A stretch of 64,000 nucleotides of DNA from an uncultured beta proteobacterium (GTDB taxonomy: Bacteria; Pseudomonadota; Gammaproteobacteria; Burkholderiales; SG8-39). The notes under the pieces are model-generated. The model had not been told where the DNA came from and ran no database searches. It was given only the letters and a program-made list of their open reading frames with translations. This document shows positions 52,932 to 63,280 of this stretch, in pieces; position 1 is the first letter of the stretch, and the number at the start of each line of letters is the position of its first letter. The position numbers were made by a program, and so were the translations under genes. The stretch covers positions 259,770 to 323,769 of the forward strand of contig CAVRDW010000001.1 of the NCBI GenBank assembly GCA_963719995.1, written 5' to 3'.

Positions 52932-53812
52932 GCGGGTTCCGCAGCGGCAGCGTCGGCCTGGTCGGCAGGCCGAACACGGGGAAATCGAGCCTGCTCAACC
53001 GGCTGCTGGGGCAAAAGCTTGCCATCGTCTCGCCTCGCGAGCAGACCACACGGCACGCGCTGATGGGCATCCTCACCACCGCGGACTGCCAGTACGTGTT
53101 CGTCGATTCGCCGGGATTCCAGGTGCGGCACCGCAACCTTCTCAATCGCTCGCTCAACCGCCGCGCGGGTGAAACGGCGCGCGACGTCGACGTGGTCGCC
53201 TTCGTGGTCGAAGCGCTGCGCTTCGACGCCGCCGACCGCGCGGCGCTCGCCAAGGTGCCGGCCGGACGCCCGCTGGTGGCCGTGGTCAACAAGGTCGACC
53301 TGGTCAAGCCCGCTGCGAAGCTGATGCCGTTCCTCGAACGCGTGGCGCAGGAGCGCGAGTTCGCGGCCATCGTGCCGGTCTCGGCGGCGACCGGCCGCAA
53401 CCTGCCGGAATTGCTGCGGGTGCTGCGCGGCTACCTGCCCGAGGCGGCTGCGTCCTACCCGGCGGACCAGTTGACGGATCGCGACGAGCGCTTCTTCGCT
53501 GCGGAACTGGTGCGCGAGAAGCTGTTCCGGCTCCTGTCGGAGGAACTGCCGTACCGGTGCGAGGCGGTGGTCGAAAGCTTCAAGGAGGAAGGGCGACTGC
53601 GGCGCATCCAGGTGACGATCTGGGTCGAGCGCGAGGGCCACAAGGCGATCGTCATCGGGCGGCAGGGCGCGACGCTCAAGCGCATCTCCACCGAGGCGCG
53701 CAAGGACATGGAGCGGCTGTACGGCGGCAAGGTGTTCCTGCAGGTGTGGGTCAAGGTGCGCAAGCAGTGGACGGAGGACGAGCGCATGCTGCGCGAGCTG
53801 GGGTACGGCTGA
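52928..53812 (+). CDS. era: GTPase Era
   Basis: Intact. [20 protein letters not shown] domain. ATGA overlap with rnc. Confidence 0.95.
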   Translation: MSGFRSGSVGLVGRPNTGKSSLLNRLLGQKLAIVSPREQTTRHALMGILTTADCQYVFVDSPGFQVRHRNLLNRSLNRRAGETARDVDVVAFVVEALRFDAADRAALAKVPAGRPLVAVVNKVDLVKPAAKLMPFLERVAQEREFAAIVPVSAATGRNLPELLRVLRGYLPEAAASYPADQLTDRDERFFAAELVREKLFRLLSEELPYRCEAVVESFKEEGRLRRIQVTIWVEREGHKAIVIGRQGATLKRISTEARKDMERLYGGKVFLQVWVKVRKQWTEDERMLRELGYG

Positions 53813-54534
53813 TGCGCCGGCGCACCGATCGCGAGCCGGCGTTCGTCCTGCACAGTTATCCCTACAAGGAGACCAGCCTGATCGTGGAGGTCTTTGCGCG
53901 GCACCGCGGCCGCGTCGGACTGCTCGCGCGCGGGGCGCGGCGGCCGCGCTCGGCGATCCGCGGCACGCTGCTCGCGTTCCACCCGCTGCGGCTGAGCTGG
54001 AGCGCATCCGCGGAGCTGGGCACGCTGACGGCCGCGGAATGGTCGGGCGGCCAGCCCGCGCTGCAGGGCCAGGGCCTGATGTGCGGTTTCTACCTGAACG
54101 AGCTGCTGCTGAAGCTGCTGCCGCGCGAAGATGCCCACGAGCGGCTCTTCGATGCCTATGCCGAGAGCCTTGCGCGCCTCGCGGCGGGAGCCGATCACGC
54201 GGCCGTGCTGCGGGGCTTCGAGCGCAGGCTGCTGACCGAACTCGGGTATGCTCCCCTGCTCGAACGCGACGCCGCGACGGGCATGCCGGTGCAATCGGCG
54301 ATGCGCTATGCCTACGAGCCGGAGCGCGGTCCGCTCGCTGCCGAAGGCGGCCGGCCCGGCGCCGAAGCGCACACCGTGAGCGGTCAGACGCTGCTCGACA
54401 TGGCGCGCGACGACTACGCGCGGCGCGAGACCCGGGAGGAGGCGCGACGGTTGATGCGCTGGCTCATCGGCGCGCGCCTCGGCGGCCAGCCGCTGCATAC
54501 GCGCGAGGTCTTGCTGGAGCTGCAGGAGCTATGA
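53812..54534 (+). CDS. recO: DNA repair protein RecO
   Basis: Intact. [19 protein letters not shown]..., ATG overlaps the era TGA. Confidence 0.9.
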   Translation: MRRRTDREPAFVLHSYPYKETSLIVEVFARHRGRVGLLARGARRPRSAIRGTLLAFHPLRLSWSASAELGTLTAAEWSGGQPALQGQGLMCGFYLNELLLKLLPREDAHERLFDAYAESLARLAAGADHAAVLRGFERRLLTELGYAPLLERDAATGMPVQSAMRYAYEPERGPLAAEGGRPGAEAHTVSGQTLLDMARDDYARRETREEARRLMRWLIGARLGGQPLHTREVLLELQEL

Positions 54535-55278
54535 TCGAACTCGGCGTCAACGTGGACCACGTGGCGACGGTACGCCAGGCGCGCCGCACGTACGAGCCCG
54601 ACCCCGTGTGGGCCGCGGTGGAGGCCCACCTCGGCGGCGCCGACGGCATCACCGTCCACTTGCGCGAAGACCGGCGCCACATCCAGGACGAGGACGTGCG
54701 GCGACTGCGCGAGTTGACGCACATCAAGCTGAACCTGGAAATGGCGGCGACCGACGAGATGATCGAGGTGGCGCGCCGCATACGGCCGGAGATGGCGATG
54801 CTGGTGCCCGAGGGCCGCCATGAGATCACCACCGAAGGTGGCCTGGACATCGCATCGCAGGAGGCGCGCCTGCGCCAGGCCGTCTCCCGGCTGGCGGAGG
54901 CGGGGATCGTGGTCTCGGTCTTCATCGATGCCGAGGCGCGGCAGGTCGAGGCCGCCCAGCGCATCGGCGCTGCCGTGTGCGAGGTACACACCGGGCCCCT
55001 ACGCGCATGCCTTCCATGCCAAGGGGCGCGACGCGGAGTCGCCGGCGGTGCTCGCCGAGCTGGAGAAGATGCGCCGGGCGGGGGAGGGCATCCGCGCGCT
55101 CGGCATGCGCTTCAACGCCGGGCACGCGCTCAATTACTTCAACGTCGAGCCGGTGGCCCGGCTGCCGGGACTGCGCGAGCTGCATATCGGCCACGCCATC
55201 GTCAGCCGCGCCGTGTTCGTCGGCATGCGCGAGGCGGTGCGCGAGATGAAGCAGCTGATCGTCCAGGCCGCAAGGTGA
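54531..55278 (+). CDS. pdxJ: pyridoxine 5'-phosphate synthase, one frameshift
   Basis: [18 protein letters not shown]...HLREDRRHI..., then ORF 54820-55278 (HTGPYAHAF..., ELHIGHAIV). The frames join at about 54995. Confidence 0.92.
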
Positions 55279-55658
55279 TCTACGGCGTCGGCACCGACCT
55301 GATCGAGATCACCCGCGTCGAGCGCGCGCTGGCGCGCTTCGGCGTACGTTTTGCGCAGCGCATTCTCTGCGAGCCGGAGTTGCAGCGCTTTGCCACGCAT
55401 GCCAAGCCCGCCGCCTACCTCGCCAAGCGTTTCGCCGCCAAGGAAGCCTTCTCCAAGGCCCTGGGGACCGGGATCCGCGCGCCGGCAAACTGGCACGGCG
55501 TGTGGGTGATCAACCACCGCTCCGGAAAGCCTCAGCTCGAGTTCTCGGCTGAGCTCGCTGCGCTGCTGCGCAGCCGCGGCATCCTGCGCTCGCACCTCAC
55601 CCTGACCGATGAGCGCGGCATGGCGGCGGCCACGGTGATCCTCGAATGCGACGGCTGA
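55275..55658 (+). CDS. acpS: holo-ACP synthase
   Basis: [16 protein letters not shown]...[14 protein letters not shown] overlap with pdxJ. Confidence 0.9.
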   Translation: MIYGVGTDLIEITRVERALARFGVRFAQRILCEPELQRFATHAKPAAYLAKRFAAKEAFSKALGTGIRAPANWHGVWVINHRSGKPQLEFSAELAALLRSRGILRSHLTLTDERGMAAATVILECDG

Positions 55659-56678
55659 GGGCGCGCCTGCCGCTGGGTCCGGTCGTGGTGGATCCGGCGG
55701 GCACCGCCCTGAACGACGACGACCGCCGCCGGATGCTGCACCCGGCGGCCGGCGGCGTCATCTTGTTCGCACGCAATTTCGAGAATGCCGCGCAGCTGCA
55801 GGCGCTCACCGAGGAGATCCATTGCCTGCGCGAGCCGCCGCTGCTCATCGGCGTGGACCACGAGGGCGGGCGGGTGCAGCGATTCCGCGAAAGCTTCACC
55901 GTGCTTCCGCCCATGCGTGCGCTGGGCGGCCTGTGGGATCGCGACCGGGAGGCGGGCAGGGCGGCAGCGCGCGCCGCCGGCTACATCATCGCTGCCGAGC
56001 TCGCGGCCCATGGCCTGGACTTCAGCTTCACGCCGGTGCTGGACCTGGATTACGGCGCCAGCGCAGTGATCGGCGACCGCGCGCTGCATTTCGACCCGAT
56101 CGCCGTGGGCGCGCTGGCGGCTGCGCTGATCAGCGGTCTGGGCGACGGCGGCATGGCCGCGGTCGGGAAGCACTTTCCGGGGCACGGCTACGTGGCTGCC
56201 GACTCCCATGTCGCCATCCCGGTCGACAATCGCGCGCTCGCGGAGATCCTGCGCAAGGATCTGGCTGCCCTACGGGCCCGCGATTGCGGCAGGTCTCGCC
56301 GGCGTGATGCCGGCGCACGTGGTCTATCCCGAGGTGGACCGGGAGCCCGCCGGCTACTCGAGCATATGGCTGAAGGACGTGCTGCGCGGGCGGCTGGGGT
56401 TCGAAGGGCTCATCTTCAGCGATGACCTGTCGATGGCCGGGGCGAGCGGCGCCGGCGATCATGCCGCCCGGGCCCGCGCCGCGCTGGCGGCCGGCTGCGA
56501 CATGGTGCTGCTATGCAATGACCTGGAGGGTGCGGAACGGCTGCTGCACGCTCTGGCAGCGCAGGCCTCGCCGATGCCGGAGCGCCTGGAGCGCATGCGC
56601 CGCCGGGGCGGCGGTCGCGACCTGAGGAAGAGCGTGGCCTTCCGGGATGCGCAGGAAGCGCTCGGCGCGCTGGCCTAG
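55646..56678 (+). CDS. nagZ: beta-N-acetylhexosaminidase NagZ, one frameshift
   Basis: [30 protein letters not shown], then ORF 56208-56678 ([10 protein letters not shown]..., IFSDDLSM). The frames join at about 56265. The TAG stop shares its G with MITE copy 3. Confidence 0.9.
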
Positions 56679-57101
56679 GGAGCCTCTGATCTATGTCCGC
56701 GTGCGCGACGGTGGCGATTTTCGTGCAGGGCGAGACAGCGGACGCCGCCGTGTGCTTGACGCCCACAAGGCGGCCGATGGCGATGCCATGCGCGAACCCC
56801 GCAGGCGCTTGCGCCTGCGGGCGTCGCGGGGCGCCCGTGAGGAGCGCAGCCGCAAGCGGCTGCGCTGCTCGCCCCGTCCCTCCAGGCGGCGAGGCCGTGA
56901 GGCGTGGGTGTAAGGCAAAGCCCTCGCCGCCCTCGGGTTGCGGCCGGAAGCCCGTGGCGGTTGGCTTGCGATAGCGCCATGACACGGGCGTCGGCGTTGT
57001 TGCTCGGCCTTGCGATATCGACATATCGCTGCGGCCGCGCGCCTAGCCGGCGCCGCGTTCCGGCCGCAACGCGCACCCGCGCACATAGATCAGAGGCTCC
57101 C
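56678..57101. mobile_element. MITE-like non-coding element, copy 3 (424 bp, longest)
   Basis: Termini GGGAGCCTCTGATCTATGT (left) and its exact reverse complement (right). Flanked by TA on both sides (56676-56677 and 57102-57103). Same orientation as copy 2. Carries about 70 bp more than copy 1. Confidence 0.85.
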
Positions 57102-57670
57102 TAAGCGCGCTCCATGTAGGTGCCTTCGTTCGTGTCGATCTTGATGCTGCTCGCCCTTGTTGATGAACGGCGGTACCTGCACCGTGATGCCGGTTTCCAT
57201 CGTCGCGGGCTTGAAGGTGTTGGTCGCCGTCGCGTTCCGGATGCCGGGCTCGGTGTCGACCACCGTGAGCACCACGGAGGGCGGAATCTCGATGCCGATC
57301 GCGCGGCCATTGTAGAAATTGATCTGCACGTCGGTGTTGGGCAGCAGGTAGCCGGCCTGTCCCTCGAGAAACTCTTCCGGCAAGCGTCAACTGCTCGTAG
57401 TTTTCCTTGTCCATGAAGACGTAGCCGGTCGCCGTCCTGGTAGAGGAACTGCATGTCGCGCGGATCGACGAAGGCGCGCTCGACCTTGTCCTCGGTGCGG
57501 AAGCGCTGGTTGGTCTTGGTGCCGGCCTCGATGTCCTTCATCTCGACCTGCATGAAGGCGCCGCCGCGGCCGCCGACGTGCACGTGGTAGCACTTGAGCA
57601 CGCGCCAGACGCGCTTGTCCCACTCGAGCAGGTTGCCGACGCGGATTTCGACTGCGGAGACCTTGGACAT
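57101..57670 (-). CDS. efp: elongation factor P, frame interrupted about 3 times
   Basis: [52 protein letters not shown]..., middle in ORFs 57043-57414 and 57090-57383 ([36 protein letters not shown]), end ...[14 protein letters not shown]. The TAG stop shares its G with the MITE terminus. Confidence 0.92.
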   Translation of the reverse strand: MSKVSAVEIRVGNLLEWDKRVWRVLKCYHVHVGGRGGAFMQVEMKDIEAGTKTNQRFRTEDKVERAFVDPRDMQFLYQDGDRLRLHGQGKLRAVDACRKSFSRDRPATCCPTPTCRSISTMAARSASRFRPPWCSRWSTPSPASGTRRRPTPSSPRRWKPASRCRYRRSSTRASSIKIDTNEGTYMERA

Positions 57671-57746
57671 GGCGGGTTGCCGTGCGGAAAAAGGGCCGCG
57701 AATTCTACACTGGATTCGCGCCCGGGCGCTAGAATTCGCGCTCCGC

Positions 57747-59517
57747 ATGGATGCGCCGCGCTTCGACCCGAAGAGCTTCGTCGCCGGGCTGCCGAACCTG
57801 CCCGGGGTCTACCGCATGCTGGGGCCGGGCGGGGAGGCGCTGTACGTCGGCAAGGCACGGGACCTGAAGAAGCGCGTCGGCAGTCGTACTTCCAGAAGAA
57901 TGTCGCCAGCCCGCGCATCCGCATGATGCTGCAGCAGGTCGCGCAGATCGAGGTCACCGCGACGCGCTCGGAGGCGCGAAGCGCTGCTCCTGGAGAACAA
58001 CCTCATCAAGAGCCTCGCGCCGCGCTACAACATCCTGTTCCGCGACGACAAGTCGTATCCCTACCTGGTGATCAGCGGCCACCGCTTCCCGCGCCTGGGC
58101 TTCCATCGCGGCGCGGCGCGAGCGCGGCGACCGCTACTTCGGCCCGTTTCCGCACGCATCCGCGGTGCGCGAGAGCATCCAGCTGCTGCAGCGCGTGTTC
58201 CGCCTGCGCACCTGCGAGGACACGGTGTTCGCGAATCGCTCGCGACCCTGCCTGCTGCACCAGATCCGGCGCTGCACGGCGCCCTGCACGGGCCTGATCA
58301 GCGAGCAGGCGTACGCGCAGGACGTGCAGCACGCCGAACTGTTCCTGCGCGGGCGCGAAGACGACGTCATGCAGCGCCTCAACGAGCGGATGCAGGCCGC
58401 CTCGCAGTTGCACGACTACGAGGCGGCGGCGGTGTTCCGCGACCAGGTGCGCGCGCTGGCGCGCGTGCAGGCGCGGCAATACGTGGAGTCCAATCGCGGC
58501 GTGGATGCCGACGTCGTCGCGTGCGCCATCGCGGGCGGCCTGGCCTGCGTGAACCTGGCGATGATCCGCGGCGGGCGGCACGTCGGCGACCGCAGCTACT
58601 TTCCCGCGAACGCCGATGCGGCGGAGGCGGCGGAGGTGCTGCAGGCGTTCCTCGAGCAGCATTACGTCGAGCAGCCGCTGCCGCCGCTGGTGCTGGTGAG
58701 CCACCCGGTGGAGTTCGACGCGTTGCGGCCCACGCAAGGGGAACGTCGCGTCTGGCTGGCGATGGCCTTGAAGAACGCCCAGCTCGCGCTGGCGCAGCGC
58801 GCGCGCGAGACGGGCGCGCAGGAAGAGCGCCTGGCCGCGCTGCGCGATGCGCTCCAGCTCCCTGACTCGGCGCAGCGCATCGAGTGTTTCGACATCAGCC
58901 ACACCATGGGGGAGGCCGCCGTGGCATCCTGCGTGGTCTATGACAGGCACACGCTGCAGAAGGGCGAGTACCGGCGCTTCAACTTGCGCGGCATTACCCC
59001 GGGCGACGACTACGCGGCGATGCGCCAGGCGCTGGCGCGGCGCTACGAACGCGTCAATGCGGAAGACGGCAGAATTCCCGACCTGGTGCTGATCGACGGC
59101 GGCAAAGGGCAGGTCAGCGCAGGCCGCCAGGCGCTGGCGGAGCTCGGCCTGCACGAAGTGGTGATTGTCGGCGTCGCCAAGGGTCCGGAGCGCAAGCCGG
59201 GCCTCGAGGAACTGATCGTGGAGACCGATCGGCGCGCCCTGCAGCTGGCGCCGACGCATCCCGGCTTGCACCTGATCCAGCAGATTCGCGACGAGGCGCA
59301 CCGCTTCGCCCTCGTGGGACACCGCGCGCGGCGCGGTCGCGCGCGCACCACCTCGACGCTGACGCAGATTCCCGGCATCGGCGCGCAGCGCCGGCAGCGC
59401 CTGCTGGCGCATTTCGGCGGCCTGCGCGAGGTGCAGGCCGCCGCCGTGGACGAAATCGCCCAAGTCGAAGGCATCAGCCGGCCGCTGGCCGAGCGCATCT
59501 ACAAGGCGCTGCACTGA
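57747..59517 (+). CDS. uvrC: excinuclease ABC subunit C, frame interrupted at least 3 times in the first 450 nt
   Basis: GIY-YIG N-terminus ([30 protein letters not shown]), [26 protein letters not shown] readable in a second frame, and the rest in ORF 58165-59517 (UVR, RNase-H-like and HhH domains). Confidence 0.92.
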
Positions 59518-60083
59518 TGCCACTGAATCTGCCGAATCTGGTGACGTGGCTGCGCATCATCCTGATCCCGCTGATCGTCGGCATCTTCTATCTGCCGGAG
59601 AGCTGGCTGTCGCTGCCCGGCAAGAACGTCACGGCGACCTCGATCTTCGTCGTCGCCGCGCTCAGCGACTGGCTCGACGGCTACCTCGCGCGCGCGCTCG
59701 ACCAGACCTCCGCGTTCGGCGCATTCCTCGATCCCGTCGCCGACAAGCTGATCGTCGTGGCGGCGCTGGTCGTGCTGCTGCAGCTGGACCGCGTGGAGCC
59801 GGTCATCGCGCTGATCATCATCGGCCGGGAGATCGCCATCTCGGCCCTGCGCGAATGGATGGCGAAGCTCGGCCAGTCGGGCAGCGTCGCCGTCGCCTAT
59901 GTCGGCAAGATCAAGACCGCAAGCCAAATGGTCGCCATCCCGCTGCTCCTGTTCCACGACGACGTGCTTGGCGTGTTCAACGCGCAATGGCTCGGCACCA
60001 TCCTGATCAACGCGGCCGCGGTCCTGACCGTGATTTCCATGCTGCACTACCTGCGTCGCGCACTGCCCCACGCGAGGGGTTGA
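59517..60083 (+). CDS. pgsA: CDP-diacylglycerol--glycerol-3-phosphate 3-phosphatidyltransferase
   Basis: Intact 188-aa ORF. DWLDGYLAR...GAFLDPVADK motif. Confidence 0.93.
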   Translation: MPLNLPNLVTWLRIILIPLIVGIFYLPESWLSLPGKNVTATSIFVVAALSDWLDGYLARALDQTSAFGAFLDPVADKLIVVAALVVLLQLDRVEPVIALIIIGREIAISALREWMAKLGQSGSVAVAYVGKIKTASQMVAIPLLLFHDDVLGVFNAQWLGTILINAAAVLTVISMLHYLRRALPHARG

Positions 60084-60107
60084 GCTATAATGCGCGGCGT
60101 CAAAGAC

Positions 60108-60183
60108 GCGGGAGTAGCTCAGTTGGTAGAGCGCAACCTTGCCAAGGTTGAGGTCGCGAGTTCGAGACTCGTCTCCCGCTCCA
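60108..60183 (+). tRNA. tRNA-Gly (anticodon GCC)
   Basis: 76-nt cloverleaf by hand. GCGGGAG acceptor, TTGCCAA anticodon loop, encoded CCA. A TATAAT box lies at 60086-60091 upstream. Confidence 0.95.
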
Positions 60184-60193
60184 GCTTAGCGTA

Positions 60194-60221
60194 GGGAAGG
60201 CCGGGAGGCCTTCCCTTTTTC
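60194..60221 (+). terminator. hairpin plus T-run between tRNA-Gly and tRNA-Cys
   Basis: GGGAAGGCC-GGGA-GGCCTTCCC followed by TTTTTC. Confidence 0.6.
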
Positions 60222-60234
60222 ATTGCATCCCCGG

Positions 60235-60308
60235 GGCGGGATGGCAGAGTGGTCATGCAGCGGCCTGCAAAGCCGTGGACGCCGGTTCGATTCCGACTCC
60301 CGCCTCCA
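60235..60308 (+). tRNA. tRNA-Cys (anticodon GCA)
   Basis: 74-nt cloverleaf. GGCGGGA acceptor, CTGCAAA anticodon loop, encoded CCA. Confidence 0.93.
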
Positions 60309-60328
60309 ATCCTTCCCGCTGCACGACC

Positions 60329-60415
60329 GCCCGGGTGGCGAAACTGGTAGACGCAAGGGACTTAAAATCCCTAGGCCGCAAGGCCGTGCAGGTTCAAGTC
60401 CTGCCCCGGGCACCA
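60329..60415 (+). tRNA. tRNA-Leu (anticodon TAA)
   Basis: 87-nt class-II tRNA with a long variable arm (GGCCGCAAGGCCG). CTTAAAA anticodon loop, encoded CCA. Confidence 0.93.
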
Positions 60416-60432
60416 TGGAGCTTCTGAACCCA

Positions 60433-62223
60433 TCAGGGAATGATCTTGGTAACTTCGTTCGAGTACGTACTTTCATTATTCGAAGTGTCATAGGCCGTCG
60501 CTGCAAAATAGTACCGCGTCCCGCTGCTCAGTCCCGTCACCGTATGGGTGGTGACGTTTCCCACGTTCAGCCCGTGCCCGACGGACTGAAGATAGGTTCC
60601 CGGGGCGGTGCCGTAATAAATGCGGTAGCCACTCAGATTTTCGGCTGTTACGGCATCCCAGACGAGGGTGGCGCTGGTGCCAGGCGCCAGCGTAGTCGCA
60701 TTAACCGCAATTGACGGGCCTGAGGAGTTTCCCGCCGCATCAAGAGCCCGGACGGTGTAGGAGTAACTCGTGGAAGCGGTGAGGCCGGTGTTTTGAAATG
60801 TGGTGACGGCTCCCAGGGTGGCGATTTGCGATTCCACCACGATAGACGTTGTAACCGGTTACCCCAACATTATCCGTCGCAGCAGTCCAGGAAAGATTGA
60901 TTTGCGAGGAGGACGCAGCGGTAGCGGTGAGTCCCGTCGGAGTTGAGGGTGCGGTGGTGTCGGGCGCTGCTTGAGTCGCGGTAATGGCTGATGACGATGA
61001 TGCGGAGAGATTCCCCGCCGCATCAAAAGCTCGGACAGTGTAGGAGTATGCGTGGAAGCGGTGAGGCCGGTATTTTGAAATGTGGTGACGGCTCCCAGGG
61101 TGGCGATTTGCGTTCCACCACGATAGACGTTGTAGCCGGTTACCCCAACATTATCCGTCGCAGCAGTCCAGGAAAGATTGATTTGCGAGGAGGACGCAGC
61201 GGTAGCAGTGAGTCCCGTTGGAGTTGATGGTGCGGTGGTATCTGGCGCTGCTCGCGTCGTGGCACTGGCCAATGAGGATATTGGGGAGACATTCCCTGCG
61301 GCATCCAGAGCTCGCACGGAGTAGGAGTAAGTCGTGGAAGCGGCGAGGCCGGTGTTTTGGTATGTGGTGACGTTGCCCAGCGTAGTCAGGAGCGTGCCGT
61401 TGCGGCGGACCCTGTAGCCGGTTACTGCGACGTTGTCCGTGGAGGCTGACCAGCTGAGGTTGATCTGGGAGGCAGAGACGGCGTTCGCGGTGAGTCCCGT
61501 TGGTGTTGATGGCGCGATGGTATCGGCTGCGACCGGCGTCGTCGCACTTGCTGCGGTTGACTGGGCAGAGACATTCCCCGCAGCGTCAATCGCCTGGACT
61601 CTGTAGGAATAGGCTGTAGAAGCGGTCAAGCCAGTGTTCTGGAATGTGGTGGCATTGCCCAGAGTGATCAGGAGCACGCCGCCTCGAAAGACTCGGTAGC
61701 CCGTTACTGCCACGTTGTCTGTGGAGGCTGACCAGCTGAGGTTGATCTGGGAGGCAGAGACGGCGTTCGCGGTGAGTCCCGTTGGTGTTGATGGTGCGGT
61801 GGTATCTGGCGCCGCTCGCGTCGTGGCACTGGCCGATGAGGATATTGGGGAGACATTCCCTGCGGCATCCAGAGCTCGCACGGAGTAGGAGTAAGTCGTG
61901 GAAGCGGTGAGGCCGGTGTCTTGGTATGTGGTGACGTTGCCCAGCGTAGTCAGGAGCGTGCCGTTGCGGCGGACTCTGTAGCCGGTTACTGCGACGTTGT
62001 CCGTGGAGGCTGACCAGCTGAGGTTGATCTGGGAGGCAGAGACGGCGTTCGCGGTGAGTCCCGTTGGTGTTGATGGTTTGGTGGTGTCGGCAGCTTGAAG
62101 AGGCCAAGGCGCGGCAAGGAGGAGTGCAAGCAACGCGTTCAGGGGCCCGCGCGCCGGGCGATAAAGTCTTATCGCGCTCGAAGTACCGCGATTGATATTG
62201 AAGGCATTCCTGAATTTGTTCAT
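60433..62223 (-). CDS. secreted protein made of tandem fibronectin type III domains (5 x 94-aa units + 1 divergent FN3), frame interrupted twice
   Basis: ORFs 60859-62223 and 60433-60840, plus a bridging stretch in a third frame. Signal peptide ...LLLAAPWPLQA. Repeats read PSTPTGLTANAVSASQINLSWSASTDNVAVTGYRV.R.G...TLGN.TT.Q.TGLTASTTYSYSVRALDAAGNVS. Indels are at about 61046 (-1) and 60831 (+1). No catalytic domain. Confidence 0.8.
60650..62065 (-). repeat. 5 x 282-bp coding tandem repeat (FN3 units)
   Basis: The marker GGTGAGTCCCGT (AGTGAG... in the 61207 copy) recurs at 62053, 61771, 61489, 61207 and 60926. Spacing is 282, 282, 282 and 281 nt. Units 1 and 3, and units 4 and 5, are near-identical at DNA level. 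Confidence 0.85.
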
Positions 62224-62774
62224 TTCTCGCGTTCCGCGCGGCGTCCGCGAATTTCGACGGGCAACGCATCACTGGCGTGATCTACTGCGCCGGAACGTGA
62301 TATTCGGGCGCAAGCTCAGCCTGCCTAGTCAATCAAGCTGGCACGGCGAGAAGGCGAAGCAAGGCGCGTGCTAACGAGGTGAATGCAATGGAATCAGACA
62401 GTTGAAATGTGTGCTGCGCGCAACTACGTCGTGCAGTAACGACGGCATTCTGAACGGCTCCGCTCGGACGATTGAAAGTTCCGAAGGGGCTGACATGGAA
62501 GCCTTCTAGCCGAGGTTTTTTTGCTCCAGTGACTCAAGGTTCTAAATTCGAAACGTGCATATTTCACACGGTTTGGCTATGGCATTCCCGGAACGGAACA
62601 CCTCCGTCGTCGATCTACGACTGCCTATAGCTCTCCAACGGCCCGCTGTGATGCGCCAACGACGGAGGTCTATCGTTCCGCCGTGTTCAGCTGGATTCTC
62701 GGGAAGGAAACGCTGTTGAACCGATTGGCATGCGCCCGATGGCATCAAGCGATTACCCCTGCTTTGCGGGGGGA

Positions 62775-62788
62775 TGCCCCGGGCACCA
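62775..62788 (+). repeat. 14-bp direct repeat of the tRNA-Leu 3' end (att-like)
   Basis: TGCCCCGGGCACCA at 62775-62788 is identical to 60402-60415, the last 14 nt of tRNA-Leu including CCA. It lies exactly where base composition returns to high GC. Confidence 0.6.
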
Positions 62789-62794
62789 GGTGCC

Positions 62795-63220
62795 TCAGGC
62801 TGCTGCCATCGTCAGACGGATGCGGTTGCGCCCGAACAGGTAGGCGTAGTCGCGCGACGCAGCGAGTTCCTTGGTGAGGAGCACGCCCAGGCCGCCGATC
62901 TTGCGCATCGATAGCGTGGCGTCGAGCGCCACCTCCGGGAGTTGCGTGTAGGCATAGGGATTGAACGGCGGCGCCTTGTCCTCATACACCACGCGCACGC
63001 CGTCTTCCGCGCGCTGCAGCGCGATCCAGATTGGCGCGTCACAGTCCCCCCGGTGGCCGTGCCGCACGGTATTGGTGAACAGCTCCTCGAGCACCAGGTT
63101 GAGGCGCAGGCACTCGTCGCGCTGCAGCCCGGAATCGGCGCAGAATCCCTCGAGGAAAGCACGCACCTGCCTGAGCTGATCCAGGCGTGCAAGAAACTGT
63201 CCCACGCGGGCGTATTTCAC
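62795..63220 (-). CDS. RsbW/SpoIIAB-like anti-sigma regulatory kinase (HATPase_c_2)
   Basis: C-terminal 141 aa of ORF 62795-63934: LVLEELFTNTVRHGH..., KIGGLGVLLTKELA. GTG 63220 is the candidate start. Confidence 0.65.
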   Translation of the reverse strand: MKYARVGQFLARLDQLRQVRAFLEGFCADSGLQRDECLRLNLVLEELFTNTVRHGHRGDCDAPIWIALQRAEDGVRVVYEDKAPPFNPYAYTQLPEVALDATLSMRKIGGLGVLLTKELAASRDYAYLFGRNRIRLTMAAA

Positions 63221-63280
63221 GGTGTTAGCTGATTGTCCCGGGGCATTATAGAATCCCTGATGAAAAGGACGGGAGGCAGC

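Noticed and set aside
60063-60091. Sigma-70 promoter for the tRNA-Gly/Cys/Leu cluster (TATAAT at 60086-60091)
   Set aside because: The -10 box is perfect, but no acceptable -35 hexamer or extended -10 TG lies at the proper spacing. It is mentioned only in the tRNA evidence.
60223-60714. 163-aa ORF across the tRNA cluster
   Set aside because: It is composed of the tRNA-Cys and tRNA-Leu sequences and the antisense of the FN3 gene, so it is not coding.
60650-62065. Regular repeat array that might be a CRISPR or other non-coding array
   Set aside because: The period is 282 bp with no short repeat/spacer alternation. It is a continuous FN3-domain coding sequence. No cas genes are present.
62224-62794. 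Search of the 570-bp low-GC spacer for an integrase remnant, small gene, sigma-54 promoter or structured RNA
   Set aside because: The ORFs 62192-62374, 62542-62748 and 62683-62877 have no motifs, no SD and atypical composition. TGGCAC at about 62338 lacks the -12 TTGC element and faces away from the FN3 gene. The T7 run at about 62514 has no convincing preceding stem.
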